A stretch of 64,000 nt of DNA from positions 1-64,000 of the IMG/VR virus record IMGVR_UViG_3300008954_000025; one strand, 5' to 3'. The DNA comes from a virus. The notes beneath the pieces were generated by a model. The model was not told the origin of the DNA. It did no database searches and saw only the letters and a list, made by a program, of their open reading frames with translations. A program made the translations under genes and the position numbers. Positions within the stretch are counted from its first letter, which is position 1. The number at the start of each line of letters is the position of its first letter. Shown in pieces: positions 27,330-36,798 of the stretch.

Positions 27330-28180
27330 TGCGCGTCGTGCTCGCCACCATCGCCTTGAACGAGGCGGAGTTCATCCCGCGGCAGCTCGCGCAGCACCTC
27401 GCTTGGCCGGGTCTCGTCGGCTGGGTCTGGGTCGAGGGCGCCGCCGAGCACTACGGCCGAAAGCACCCGGCGGCCGTGTCCCGCGACGGCCGCTCGGTCG
27501 ACGCCACGTCGCAGCTGCTGGCTGCGGCTGCGCAGCGCGACCCTCGCGTGCGGTACGTGGCGCACGGCTGGGCGCAGGGCGGTGAGCGGACGATGGGCGC
27601 CCAGAAGATCCAGCTCCGCAACGCCTACTGCACGGTCGCCGACGAGCTGGACGCAGACGTCCTGGTCGTCATCGACGCCGACGAGTTCTACACGCGAGAG
27701 GACCAAGAGCGGATCCTCGACCTCATGGCGATGCGCGGGGCGGACCACGACGCGTTCCTGTTCCGCCAGCGGCACCTGTGGCGGCCGCCGTCGCTGCTCG
27801 GCGACGAGGCGCGCTACGAGGTCACCGGGGGCTACTGGGCCGTACCGCACGTCCGCGTGTGGTGGTACGAGCGTGGCGCCCGGTACCAGAACCACAACCA
27901 CCTCGCGCTGCCGGGTCAGCGCTATAACCCGAAGCGTCTGTACCGTCCCGAGCCCGGCGACCCCGAGTGCGTGCACCTCGGCTTCGCCCGCGACCCGCGT
28001 CACCGACTCCGGACGAATGCCTACTACGTCGCCCGAGGCGAGGGCCGCGAGCGCGGCTTCAACCGTCAGCACTACGTCGACTGCCGCGAGGCGTGGGCGA
28101 CGTGGCTCCCGGACACCGCGCTGCCACAGGGCGCAAAGGTCGGCGCGTACGAAGCCGTGTTGCCGGAGGTGTTGCGATGA
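27329..28180 (+). CDS. Glycosyltransferase, GT-A fold (GT2-like)
   Basis: LNEAEFI, VEGA, S.DAT, IDADEFY (DxD), HLGFAR. Confidence 0.85.
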   Translation: MRVVLATIALNEAEFIPRQLAQHLAWPGLVGWVWVEGAAEHYGRKHPAAVSRDGRSVDATSQLLAAAAQRDPRVRYVAHGWAQGGERTMGAQKIQLRNAYCTVADELDADVLVVIDADEFYTREDQERILDLMAMRGADHDAFLFRQRHLWRPPSLLGDEARYEVTGGYWAVPHVRVWWYERGARYQNHNHLALPGQRYNPKRLYRPEPGDPECVHLGFARDPRHRLRTNAYYVARGEGRERGFNRQHYVDCREAWATWLPDTALPQGAKVGAYEAVLPEVLR

Positions 28181-28938
28181 CGCGGGAGGTCTGGCTGCGA
28201 TCCATCACCCGCGCCTTGACCTGGCGCGTGATCGCGTCGGTCACGACCGCGGTCATCGCCGTGGGCGTGTTGGTTGAGCGTGGCGCGGTGTCCCGCGCTG
28301 CGGTCCTCGGCGGCGCGCTGGCCGTCTTCGGCGCCGACTTCTTGGTCAAGCTGGCGCTGAAGATCGCGCATGAGCGTGTCTGGGCCGACGTGCGGTGGGG
28401 CCTCGAGCAGCGTCCAGGGTACATCGTGGCGCTGTTTGGCCTGCCATGCTCCGGCAAGACCACGATCGCGCGGAGTCTGGCGGATCTGCTCGACGAGCCA
28501 GGACGGACGGTCGTGCGACTGGACGGCGACACCCTCCGAGGCGAGGACGGGCTCTGCCGGGACCTGGACTTTTCGCAGGAGGGTCGGGCCGAGAATCTGC
28601 GGCGGACACGTTGTCTGGCTGCGGCGCTCGCCGACGCAGGCGCGGGCGTCGTCGTCGCGAACATCATGCCGTACGCAGCTGACCGCCAGTTGCTGCGCGA
28701 GGTGCACGCGCGCGTGCTCATGGTGCATGTGGACACGCCGGCCGATGTCTGCGAGGCGCGCGACGTCAAAGGCATGTGGAAGAAGGCGCGGACGGGTGAG
28801 CTCGCTGACTTCACCGGTGTCGACGCGCCCTTCGAGCCAGCGGCGGCGGGCGTAGTTACCGTCCGGTCGGTAGGTGCCACACCCGAAGCGTGCGCCGAAG
28901 AGATTCACGCAGTGCTCTGCGACCAGGAGTGGCTATGA
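28177..28938 (+). CDS. cysC: DUF2061 membrane domain fused to adenylyl-sulfate (APS) kinase
   Basis: RS..+ALTWR....T...HERVW..V.WG, then GLPCSGKTT, LDGD.LR, DL.FS...R.EN, CE.RDVKG, FTGVDAPFEP. Confidence 0.9.
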   Translation: MTREVWLRSITRALTWRVIASVTTAVIAVGVLVERGAVSRAAVLGGALAVFGADFLVKLALKIAHERVWADVRWGLEQRPGYIVALFGLPCSGKTTIARSLADLLDEPGRTVVRLDGDTLRGEDGLCRDLDFSQEGRAENLRRTRCLAAALADAGAGVVVANIMPYAADRQLLREVHARVLMVHVDTPADVCEARDVKGMWKKARTGELADFTGVDAPFEPAAAGVVTVRSVGATPEACAEEIHAVLCDQEWL

Positions 28939-29981
28939 CCGGTACGCGCATCGGCCTCGTCGGCTACTGCTGCCCGACAGGTCTCGGCTACGAGAACCGC
29001 CGCATGTGGAGCGGCCTGCCGGACGTGCGCTGGCTCGTGTGGCCGCACGAGCTGCTCGGCGTCGCTGACCTCGACACCTTGTCCGGCGACGGCGGCGAGC
29101 TGGACCTGTCGGCGGTCCAGACGGAGTCCAGCGTCGACGTCTGCGTCGATGCGTTCCTCGACGGCGTGGACGTGGTGGTCTGCGCCGAGCGGCCGTTCCC
29201 AGATGACTTGTTCAGCCGCGCACACGCCCGCGGCGTGAAGACCGTCCTGCTCATCAACCCGGAGTGGCGGGTCGGCGAGTCGTGGTCTGAGGCCGACGTG
29301 GCCGTCGCACGCACTGCCGTGTGCAAGCGCGTCGTGGAGCAGGTCACTGGGCGCCGCGACGTTCACCACATCCCCTGTCCGCTGGACATCGAGCAGCTGC
29401 CCTTCGCCCATACGCTCCGGGCGGACTGGGGCCTATACTCGCACGGCTGGGGCGGGGTGCACGACCGCAAGGGCTGGCCGACGATCCGCGCCTTGTTGAA
29501 CGTCTCGCCGACGGCACCAGTCATCGTGCGGTCTCAGCGCGTTCTCCTCGATTCACCAGTGCCGGTACACCCGGCGGTCGACTCGCCCGCAGATCTGTAC
29601 AGCCCGGACGGTGATGTTTCGGCTGACATCGCGATTCAACCGTCACGGTTCGAGGGTGTGGGCCTAGCCATCCTCGAAGCCATGGCGTGCGGCCTGCCGG
29701 TGCTCACGACTGACGCGCCGCCCATGAATGAGTACCTGCACGCAGCCTACGGTGACCTCGCGCACTACGCGCTGCTCGCTGTCGAACGCGTGGACCTCGT
29801 GCCCATGTGGGCGCCGTGGCCGTCGAACCTCGTGGAGCCGTCCGTCGTGGCGGAAGTTATGGCGAAGCTGCAGGCCGAACCGGACGTCGTCGCCGAGCTG
29901 TCGCTGCGCGGGCGCGCCTACGTCGTGAAGCATCACGGTGAAGCCGCGTGGGCCGCGCTACGGGAGGCCGTCATCGGATGA
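28935..29981 (+). CDS. Glycosyltransferase, GT-B fold (GT4-like)
   Basis: TGLG, DRKG, QPSRFEGVGL.ILEAMACGLPVLTTDAPPMNE. Confidence 0.9.
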   Translation: MTGTRIGLVGYCCPTGLGYENRRMWSGLPDVRWLVWPHELLGVADLDTLSGDGGELDLSAVQTESSVDVCVDAFLDGVDVVVCAERPFPDDLFSRAHARGVKTVLLINPEWRVGESWSEADVAVARTAVCKRVVEQVTGRRDVHHIPCPLDIEQLPFAHTLRADWGLYSHGWGGVHDRKGWPTIRALLNVSPTAPVIVRSQRVLLDSPVPVHPAVDSPADLYSPDGDVSADIAIQPSRFEGVGLAILEAMACGLPVLTTDAPPMNEYLHAAYGDLAHYALLAVERVDLVPMWAPWPSNLVEPSVVAEVMAKLQAEPDVVAELSLRGRAYVVKHHGEAAWAALREAVIG

Positions 29982-30985
29982 AGATTCACATCGTCACGCA
30001 CGAGGACATGGACGGCTTCCTGTGGGGCGTGCTCGAGGGCTGGCTCAACGGCTACACGCTCAGCCAGCACGAGGTCCGGATCAGTGGAGACCGTACCCTG
30101 CTCGGCGCCGCATCGCCCGACTTCTGGGAGACGCTGCCGACGACCGACGCGATCCTCTTCTGTGCCACGAGCGCCAAGTCGACCTGCGCGCCGCGCGCGC
30201 TCGAGCTGATCGCCAAGCACGATCTGTGGAAGCGCATCGTGCACTCTGACTACGTGCACAACACCAAGCTCAAGTACCCGAAGCTCGCGGAGCGTTGCGG
30301 GCGCCTCTTCGTCGGCAAGCGCTACAAGTACCTACGCTGCTGCGAGGGCTGGGACCACGCCGAGTGGCTGCCGCGTACCGGCATTCAGCGGCGAACGGGG
30401 CGGTACCTGCCACCGCTGCCGTGGCGACTGTGGAAGGACCTCCCCGCCGTCGGCGTCTACCACACGTTCAAGGCCGCACAGAAGCACCGGCTGCCGTGGC
30501 TGAAGGCCGCGCGCGAGGTGCTCCCGAACGGCGTGTATGGCGCTGTGGAGCCGCCAGCTCAGCAGCAGCCGCTGCTGCAGAAGGTCTACGGCACGCGCCA
30601 CAACAGTAACTACCTGGAGCTGGCGTCGCGTGCGCGCATTGGTCTGTACCTCATGGGCGGCACGGCGCTCGGCCACCAGTTCTGGGAGTACGCCGCGCTC
30701 GGCTGCGCCATCGTCGCACAGCATGCGAGCACGCACCCGCTGGCCGAAGAAGGCACGCAGGAGTGGGAGCACTTCGGCGAGGCCGGCGGCGTGTCACTCG
30801 TCGAGGGCGAGGACTTCGTCTACTTCAAGACGGAGGACGAGCTCCGGTCGCTGTTCGCCGAGCTGGACGCCGACCCGGAGCGCTGTGAGCAGATGGCGAA
30901 GCGGGTCACCGCGAAGACGACGCAGTTCTACAGCGGGTTCCGCGGCTGGTACGTGATGCAAGCTCTGAAGGAGGTCGCGCGGTGA
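29978..30985 (+). CDS. Probable glycosyltransferase (CgeB/Glyco_trans_1_2-like)
   Basis: C-terminal Y.......+I.L...G......FWE..A.G......F.EGEDFVYF...EL; cluster context. Confidence 0.65.
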   Translation: MKIHIVTHEDMDGFLWGVLEGWLNGYTLSQHEVRISGDRTLLGAASPDFWETLPTTDAILFCATSAKSTCAPRALELIAKHDLWKRIVHSDYVHNTKLKYPKLAERCGRLFVGKRYKYLRCCEGWDHAEWLPRTGIQRRTGRYLPPLPWRLWKDLPAVGVYHTFKAAQKHRLPWLKAAREVLPNGVYGAVEPPAQQQPLLQKVYGTRHNSNYLELASRARIGLYLMGGTALGHQFWEYAALGCAIVAQHASTHPLAEEGTQEWEHFGEAGGVSLVEGEDFVYFKTEDELRSLFAELDADPERCEQMAKRVTAKTTQFYSGFRGWYVMQALKEVAR

Positions 30986-31158
30986 CGCTTGAAGGTCGCA
31001 AGATCACCAGTTCCCCGCTCAGGTTGGACCGCGCGCGCTTGACCATGCAGTTGCAAGAAGCGCGGTCGCGTCTCGGCTTGCGCGACTTGCTTGGGCCGTG
31101 GGGCAGGCCAGCAGAACCGAAGCCTAACGTGCACCTCCTCATGCCCAAGAGACTGTGA
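30982..31158 (+). CDS. 58 aa hypothetical protein (not in ORF track)
   Basis: AAGGAGG RBS, GTGA overlap upstream and TGATG overlap downstream. Confidence 0.4.
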   Translation: MTLEGRKITSSPLRLDRARLTMQLQEARSRLGLRDLLGPWGRPAEPKPNVHLLMPKRL

Positions 31159-31730
31159 TGACGCCGCAACTCGACGACAACCCGCAACCGTGGCTGGCAG
31201 CTGAGGCTGTCGCGCACTTGGAGCGCGCGCTCACGTCGCGGTCGCACGTGCTCGAGTTCGGGGCCGGCAACTCCAGCGTTTGGTTAGCCGAGCGCTGCGG
31301 CCAGCTCGTCTCGGTGGAGAGTGCGCTTCCGTGGGCGGCGCTTCTCGTTCGAGCGCTCAAAGGCGCCGACCACGTCTCCGTCATTCACGTCCCGCCGGAC
31401 GAGACGCCCCACCCTCCGTTCCGCGGCGCTCGCGGGAAGTCGTACCGTGCATACGTCGAAGCTGGCGTGTCGGCCGTCGCAGACGAGCTCGGGGGCCGCC
31501 TGGACCTGCTCCTCGTGGACGGCCGCGCGCGTGTCGCGTGCATTCGAGCGTGCGCTCCGTTGGTGCGGCCCGGCGGACTGCTCGTGCTCGATAACGCCGA
31601 CCGGCCACGCTACGCGCAGGCGCCGCGTTTCCTGATCGACGGCGGCTGGGAGCACGAGGCCACTTACACGGCCGACTTCGGAGATCGGCCCCCACAGACG
31701 GCGTTCTGGCGCCGGAGCGCAGGCACATGA
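31158..31730 (+). CDS. Class I SAM-dependent methyltransferase
   Basis: VLEFGAGNSS, VSVE, DLLLVDGRAR..C, PGGLLVLDN. Confidence 0.88.
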   Translation: MTPQLDDNPQPWLAAEAVAHLERALTSRSHVLEFGAGNSSVWLAERCGQLVSVESALPWAALLVRALKGADHVSVIHVPPDETPHPPFRGARGKSYRAYVEAGVSAVADELGGRLDLLLVDGRARVACIRACAPLVRPGGLLVLDNADRPRYAQAPRFLIDGGWEHEATYTADFGDRPPQTAFWRRSAGT

Positions 31731-32287
31731 ACAAGAAACTTCAGGCAATCAAGGCCGCGATGGCGTACGTTCCCGGCTACGCCGAGATCGACGTGTTTGT
31801 GGAGACCGGCACGGCGTTCGCCACGACGGCGACAGCTGCGTGCGAGGTCTTCGCGGAGGTGCACTCCATCGACCTGTCAGAGAAGCTGCACCAGCGCGCG
31901 GTGGAGCAGTTCGGTGACCGCGAAGGCTTGACCTTCCACTTCGGCGATAGCGCTGAGGTACTGCCGCAGGTGCTCGCGAACATCGCCCGGCCGGCGGTGG
32001 TCCTCCTGGACGCGCACTACTGTCGAGGCTTTGCTGACGCTGCAGCCAGGCAGTCGTTCCCGCTGTGGTCCGAGCTGGACACGCTACTGGCCCGACCGTA
32101 CGCCGACCTCGTGCTGGTGGACGACATCCACACCTTCGGCCGCGAGCGGCCGGACATCAGGGCAACGGACGGTCCGGAGTGGGAAGCCGTAACGCCCCGC
32201 ACCCTCGCCGCTTACGTCAACGAGCGGCTGGTGACGCACGCGCCGTTCCGCGATCAGTACGCGCTCTTCATGAAGGCGGCGACGTGA
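31727..32287 (+). CDS. Class I SAM-dependent methyltransferase-like protein
   Basis: FVETGT, V.SIDL, GDS..VL, LDAH, VDD. Confidence 0.8.
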   Translation: MNKKLQAIKAAMAYVPGYAEIDVFVETGTAFATTATAACEVFAEVHSIDLSEKLHQRAVEQFGDREGLTFHFGDSAEVLPQVLANIARPAVVLLDAHYCRGFADAAARQSFPLWSELDTLLARPYADLVLVDDIHTFGRERPDIRATDGPEWEAVTPRTLAAYVNERLVTHAPFRDQYALFMKAAT

Positions 32288-32295
32288 CGGGCGGA

Positions 32296-33264
32296 TCAGT
32301 TGCAGCCGTCGCAGATGGAGAGCTGCCGGCGTCCGCCACGCTCGCGGGTGGTTTGGTACAGGTCGCTGTTGACGATCTCCAGCAGGCTCCCAACCTCGAC
32401 CACGTTGCCGAGCTCCAGTTCGTAGTTCATGTCGTGGCAGCAGATTGTCACGTTCCCGTGGGGACTGATCGACGGGCGCCGTGCGTGCCGGCAGCCACCG
32501 CGGTTGCTGACGAGGCGCGTCTTACCGTCTATCTGCTTAGTGGTCACGCGAGCGCGCCAGGTGCGGTTGGTGGGCAGCGCGGTCAGCGCCTCCTCGTGCT
32601 GCTCCTCGGTCATCGCGCCGATCTTGTACAAGCCCATCTGTTTGGGCTGCCACTGCGGCAAGCCGTAGCTCGTGATCTGCTTCTGCAGCGCAGCCAGCTC
32701 GTGCTCGTTCCACGCCGTGACGATCGACGCGCCGGTGGTGTAGAGGCCGGGTGTGTCGCTGCGCCTCTGTTCCCCTCGCCGCTGCACCATAGCGCCCAGT
32801 GTCTGCAGGTTCTGCTTCTGCTGACTGATGTTGATCCGGCCTGCGATCTTGAGCGCCGTCTCCTTTTCGAGCGAGTCGACTTCGTAGACGATGCGGAGCT
32901 GCTTGCCGTGCGACTTGAACACGTCGCACATGGCGTCGATGCGCGCCCAGTCGACGGAGACCGCAAGTTTACTTGCGATTTCTGTCGTCATCCCACTGTC
33001 GGCGACGTGCTCCAGCAACTCGTAGATGTCGGGGTGAGCGAAGGACTCGCCGGCTTGATAGACGATCGCACGCGAGAAGCCCTCAGCCTTCATGATGTCG
33101 ATGATCTGCTTGAACATCGGCGTGGGCATGACCGCGTTGGTTCCTGTCTGCCAGCGCTGGTGGTGGCAGTAAACGCAGCGGTGGGGGCACACAGAGCAGA
33201 CGTCGACGAGGCTAGTTTTGGGCCGCCAGGGGTATTGCGCGAGGTCCGCTGCAGAGGTGGTCAT
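32296..33264 (-). CDS. Radical SAM protein with SPASM/twitch domain
   Basis: CPHRCVYC, GES, C-terminal C.......G.V..CC.D......GNV......C.GC; start ATG 33264. Confidence 0.88.
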   Translation of the reverse strand: MTTSAADLAQYPWRPKTSLVDVCSVCPHRCVYCHHQRWQTGTNAVMPTPMFKQIIDIMKAEGFSRAIVYQAGESFAHPDIYELLEHVADSGMTTEIASKLAVSVDWARIDAMCDVFKSHGKQLRIVYEVDSLEKETALKIAGRINISQQKQNLQTLGAMVQRRGEQRRSDTPGLYTTGASIVTAWNEHELAALQKQITSYGLPQWQPKQMGLYKIGAMTEEQHEEALTALPTNRTWRARVTTKQIDGKTRLVSNRGGCRHARRPSISPHGNVTICCHDMNYELELGNVVEVGSLLEIVNSDLYQTTRERGGRRQLSICDGCN

Positions 33265-33271
33265 CCTGGCC

Positions 33272-33282
33272 AGCCTAGCACA
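33272..33282 (-). promoter_or_regulatory. Extended -10 promoter, leaderless radical SAM transcript
   Basis: TGTGC-TAGGCT ending 7 nt before ATG; near-identical to the terL element. Confidence 0.55.
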
Positions 33283-33299
33283 CGGCTGCGAGGGGCGGA

Positions 33300-33845
33300 G
33301 TGATCCGCTACGCCGAAAAGGTCGGGCGCGCTGTGTCCCTGGCGCGGTGCGTGCCGGAGTTGTTCGCGGAGGGGCAGCGCTCGGTCCTGTACGTTGGGGC
33401 GCGTGCGTCACGGACCGAGTTCGCCGAAGACCTCGCTGCAGCCGGCGCCACGATCGACGTGCTCGAAGCGTGGGCGCAGAACGTCGCCGACTTGCGGGAG
33501 GCCGCGCCGTCTTGGCTGCGGCACGTGTTCCATCACGACGTCCGCGACGTGGATCTGCTACCCGCGCTGCACTACGACGTGGTCTTCTGGTGGCACGGTC
33601 CCGAGCACGTCACGCGGCTCGAGGCGCAGCGCACCGCGGTCAAGCTCCAGCGCATCGCGCCGCTCGTCGTGCTCGGCTGTCCGTGGGGCGACTATCCGCA
33701 GGGCGCGCTCGGCGGCAACCCGTACGAGGTCCACCAGTGGGCCCCCGAACCGGAGGAGTTCGAGGCGCTCGGCTTCGACGCCGAGGTGCTCCCACCGAGG
33801 GGCCGCGGCGGCAACATCCTGTCGTGGTGGCGCAAGAGAGGTTGA
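33300..33845 (+). CDS. Class I SAM-dependent methyltransferase-like protein
   Basis: SVLYVGA, DVLE, DVR, YDVVFWWHGPEH, NPYEVH...W. Confidence 0.75.
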   Translation: MIRYAEKVGRAVSLARCVPELFAEGQRSVLYVGARASRTEFAEDLAAAGATIDVLEAWAQNVADLREAAPSWLRHVFHHDVRDVDLLPALHYDVVFWWHGPEHVTRLEAQRTAVKLQRIAPLVVLGCPWGDYPQGALGGNPYEVHQWAPEPEEFEALGFDAEVLPPRGRGGNILSWWRKRG

Positions 33846-33846
33846 C

Positions 33847-34485
33847 GTGACGAGCTACGACCCACTGACCTACTGGACCGAGCGCACGCGCAAGTTGCTG
33901 GACACCGACAACCCGGCGCTGGTGCATCGCGACCGGAGTCTCGAGGTCGACGTCAAGACGGCTGACTGGCTGCGTGCGGTCCTGCTGTCTGAAGAGCTGC
34001 GCCTTGGCCATAAGCCGTCGATCCTCGAGGTCGGCTGCGGGTTCGGGCGCTGGTCGCAGATCCTGAAGTCGCGGTACGCCCGCTACGTCGGCGCCGACAT
34101 CGTAGCTGACCGCGTGCAGGTCGCGCTGGACGACTACGCGGCGGACAACGTCGACTTCGTCGTCGTGGCGGCCGACGGTCGGTGGGATGTGCAGGCGCCA
34201 GCGGACGTTGTCCCGGTCGACGTCGTCATGTCGATCACCGTGCTGCAGCACGTCGACTTCGACACCACCGCCCGCCTGCTGCAGACCATGGACCGGCACC
34301 TCAAGCCTGGCGGCGCCGCGCTGCTCGCCGAGTGGCGCATGTACGACGAGCCACAACAGATGCTGGACGCGCGAACGCACGAGGCGCACATGTTGCCGAA
34401 GTCGATACCCGAGCTGCGTGCAGTCGTCCCGGACCTCAACTGGACCGGGCGCCAAGGCCGCTTCATCTTGAGGAAGCCAGAATGA
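33847..34485 (+). CDS. Class I SAM-dependent methyltransferase
   Basis: YW.ER, ILEVGCGFGRW, YVGADI, DVVM..TVLQH, LKPGG. Confidence 0.9.
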   Translation: MTSYDPLTYWTERTRKLLDTDNPALVHRDRSLEVDVKTADWLRAVLLSEELRLGHKPSILEVGCGFGRWSQILKSRYARYVGADIVADRVQVALDDYAADNVDFVVVAADGRWDVQAPADVVPVDVVMSITVLQHVDFDTTARLLQTMDRHLKPGGAALLAEWRMYDEPQQMLDARTHEAHMLPKSIPELRAVVPDLNWTGRQGRFILRKPE

Positions 34486-35489
34486 AGATCGTCAGCGTTT
34501 GCCGAACCTATCCGACGCAGCGTCCGGGCGGCATGCCGCACGTCACGCAGGACCGTGCAAGAGCGCTTGCGCGAGCTGGTCACGACGTCACGGTCGTGAC
34601 CACGAGCCTGAAGGACGACGGCCGAACCGAGCTGGACGATGACGGCGTGCGTGTCGTGCATACGGCCTGCCCGTCGCAGGCGTACACGCCGCTGTTCGCC
34701 GAGCGGTGCCGCTGGGAGTGCGAGGACCTCGCGCCGGACGTGATCCACCTCGACAGCTTCGACCGCGCGCGGCCGTGGTGGGTCGGCCTGTCGGCGCGCA
34801 CCGTGGTGACGATGCACGGCTTCGGCGTGGGCGCGATGCTCACGTCGTGGAACAAGTTCCTGGCCGGAGGCCGCACGGCGCCGATGCCGGACTGGTCCGC
34901 GCTGCGCGACGAGGCGGACGTGCTGCAGACGTTCGATCGGGTCTTGGCCATCTCGACCCACGAGCAGTGGATGCTGTCGGACGTGTACAACCTGCAGGAC
35001 CGCGTGCGCTTGGTGCCTAACCCGATCGCGCCGTACTTCTTCGACATGCCGTGGCCCGTACCGGCCGTGCCGGCGGCCCCATTCGTGTGCATCGGGAACC
35101 CCGGCACCAGCGGCAATCGCGACTTCGGCCGGGTCCGCGACGCGGCGCGAGCAGCTGGCGTACCGCTCGAGGTCATCACTGGCGTGGAGCGCTCCCGCAT
35201 CCCGCAGATGCTCGACGAGAGTCAGGGGCTCGTGCTGCCGACGCTGTGGTCGCAGGGCTACGACCTCGCTGTGGCCGAAGCTCTAGCGCGTCGGCGCCCC
35301 GTCATCGTCTCGGGTACCGGCTCGTACTGGCACCTGCGCGCTCCGTACGTTCGCGTCATCCCGCGCGCGGCCGCGTTAGACGTACTTGTTGAGGCGCTCC
35401 AAGCAGCACTACCGGAAGTGCCCGCCGGCGCCGCGGACGACCACCGCCCCAACCGGCACGTCGACGCATGGGAGGCCGCTCTTGCCTGA
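34482..35489 (+). CDS. Glycosyltransferase, GT-B fold (GT4-like)
   Basis: MKI.......P..PGG, LARAGHDVTVVT, PDVIH, V.TMHG, VPNPI, VLPT...G......EALA...PVI. Confidence 0.88.
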   Translation: MKIVSVCRTYPTQRPGGMPHVTQDRARALARAGHDVTVVTTSLKDDGRTELDDDGVRVVHTACPSQAYTPLFAERCRWECEDLAPDVIHLDSFDRARPWWVGLSARTVVTMHGFGVGAMLTSWNKFLAGGRTAPMPDWSALRDEADVLQTFDRVLAISTHEQWMLSDVYNLQDRVRLVPNPIAPYFFDMPWPVPAVPAAPFVCIGNPGTSGNRDFGRVRDAARAAGVPLEVITGVERSRIPQMLDESQGLVLPTLWSQGYDLAVAEALARRRPVIVSGTGSYWHLRAPYVRVIPRAAALDVLVEALQAALPEVPAGAADDHRPNRHVDAWEAALA

Positions 35490-36798
35490 TCGCGCACTCG
35501 CTGTCTTCGGCCACAGCCGCCCCGAACTGCTGCGTCGCGTGCTCGCGCAGGTGCCCCAGCTCGACGGCGCGAACGAGTTCGACCTGTGGTGCTTCATCGA
35601 CGGCCCAAGGGAGCACGACGCGGAGCTGGTGCAGCAGTGCGAGGCTGTAGCTCGCGCCGTCGTCCCTCGGGAGCGGTTGGTCGTGCGCGGCAAGAATCTC
35701 GGTGTCGGCCTGCACCAGACCGGGGCGCGTCGATTCTTGTTCGAGGAGCAGGGCTACGACGCCGTGCTGCAAGTCGAAGACGACGTCGAGCTCTCACCCT
35801 GCGCGCTCACGGCGCTCGGCGCGCTGCACCATGCGAAGCCGGGTCTGGTAGGCCACAGCTTCATGGACACGCGCAGCTCGCGTGAGAAGCTGGGCGCGCT
35901 TCGGGACGTGCGTCCTGGAGCGGCGCTGCTGTGTGCGCTGATCACCGGCGAGGTGTACGACGCGACGGCCGGGACGATGGACGCGTACGCCGAGCGCTTC
36001 CTCATGCCGCTGCACCAGCGCGGGCGCCCGTACAAGTGGCGGGACGACGCAGCCATCCGCAAGTTCCTGTCGGACCTCGTCGGCCACGACGTGACGTCGC
36101 TGTACCCGACGAGCCAGGACGCCGTGCTGCTCGCCGCGTGCGTCGCGGCCGACGTGCCCGTCTGGTCGCCGACGGTGAACCACATTCGGCACGTCGTCGA
36201 CACTGGCGAGCACGTGCTGCCCAGCTCGGACGTGGGCATTGCCTGTCGACGGACCAAGCTCGACCTCTTCCCTGGTGCGGTGGCGGTCACTGCGCTGTCG
36301 GACCCGCAGCTGGACGACACGTCCCCTCCGCTGGGCAGCCAGCGCAGCTACCTGCACGTGAGCCTGCTGCAGCTGTACACCGAGGCCCGGCCGGAGACCG
36401 CGATTCAGTACGGCATCACGCCGGCGACGCCTGTGCTATTGGGCCTGACCGGGGGCGAGCTCCACACGGTCGAGGTCGAGCGCGCGTGGCAGGAGCGCGT
36501 GGCGTTCGACCTCCCGGCGCGGAGCTTCGGGCGCTGGTGCCCGCATGGAGGGCGGTCGTTCGCAGGCGTGGCGCGGCTGGACGATGCACTGGCCCGGGTC
36601 CCTGGGCTGCCGAGGGAAGCCGACCTGGTGCTCGTGAACGCGCCGGCCGGCAGTGCGTGCTTGCGAGCCGCGGCGCGGCGCGTCGCCCCCGGCGGCCTGC
36701 TACTGACTGACGATCCGCGTGCCCGGCCCCCTAGCGGTCCGTGGCACCGCATAGACATCGACGGCGGAGCCGCGTTCCGTCGCACGGAGGACTCATGA
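35482..36798 (+). CDS. GT-A fold glycosyltransferase with C-terminal degenerate methyltransferase-like domain
   Basis: GGAGG-N6-TTG start; RPELLRRVL, FIDGP, NLGVG, VEDD; C-terminal LHTVE...W, DLVLVN, VAPGGLLLTDD. Confidence 0.8.
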   Translation: MPDRALAVFGHSRPELLRRVLAQVPQLDGANEFDLWCFIDGPREHDAELVQQCEAVARAVVPRERLVVRGKNLGVGLHQTGARRFLFEEQGYDAVLQVEDDVELSPCALTALGALHHAKPGLVGHSFMDTRSSREKLGALRDVRPGAALLCALITGEVYDATAGTMDAYAERFLMPLHQRGRPYKWRDDAAIRKFLSDLVGHDVTSLYPTSQDAVLLAACVAADVPVWSPTVNHIRHVVDTGEHVLPSSDVGIACRRTKLDLFPGAVAVTALSDPQLDDTSPPLGSQRSYLHVSLLQLYTEARPETAIQYGITPATPVLLGLTGGELHTVEVERAWQERVAFDLPARSFGRWCPHGGRSFAGVARLDDALARVPGLPREADLVLVNAPAGSACLRAAARRVAPGGLLLTDDPRARPPSGPWHRIDIDGGAAFRRTEDS

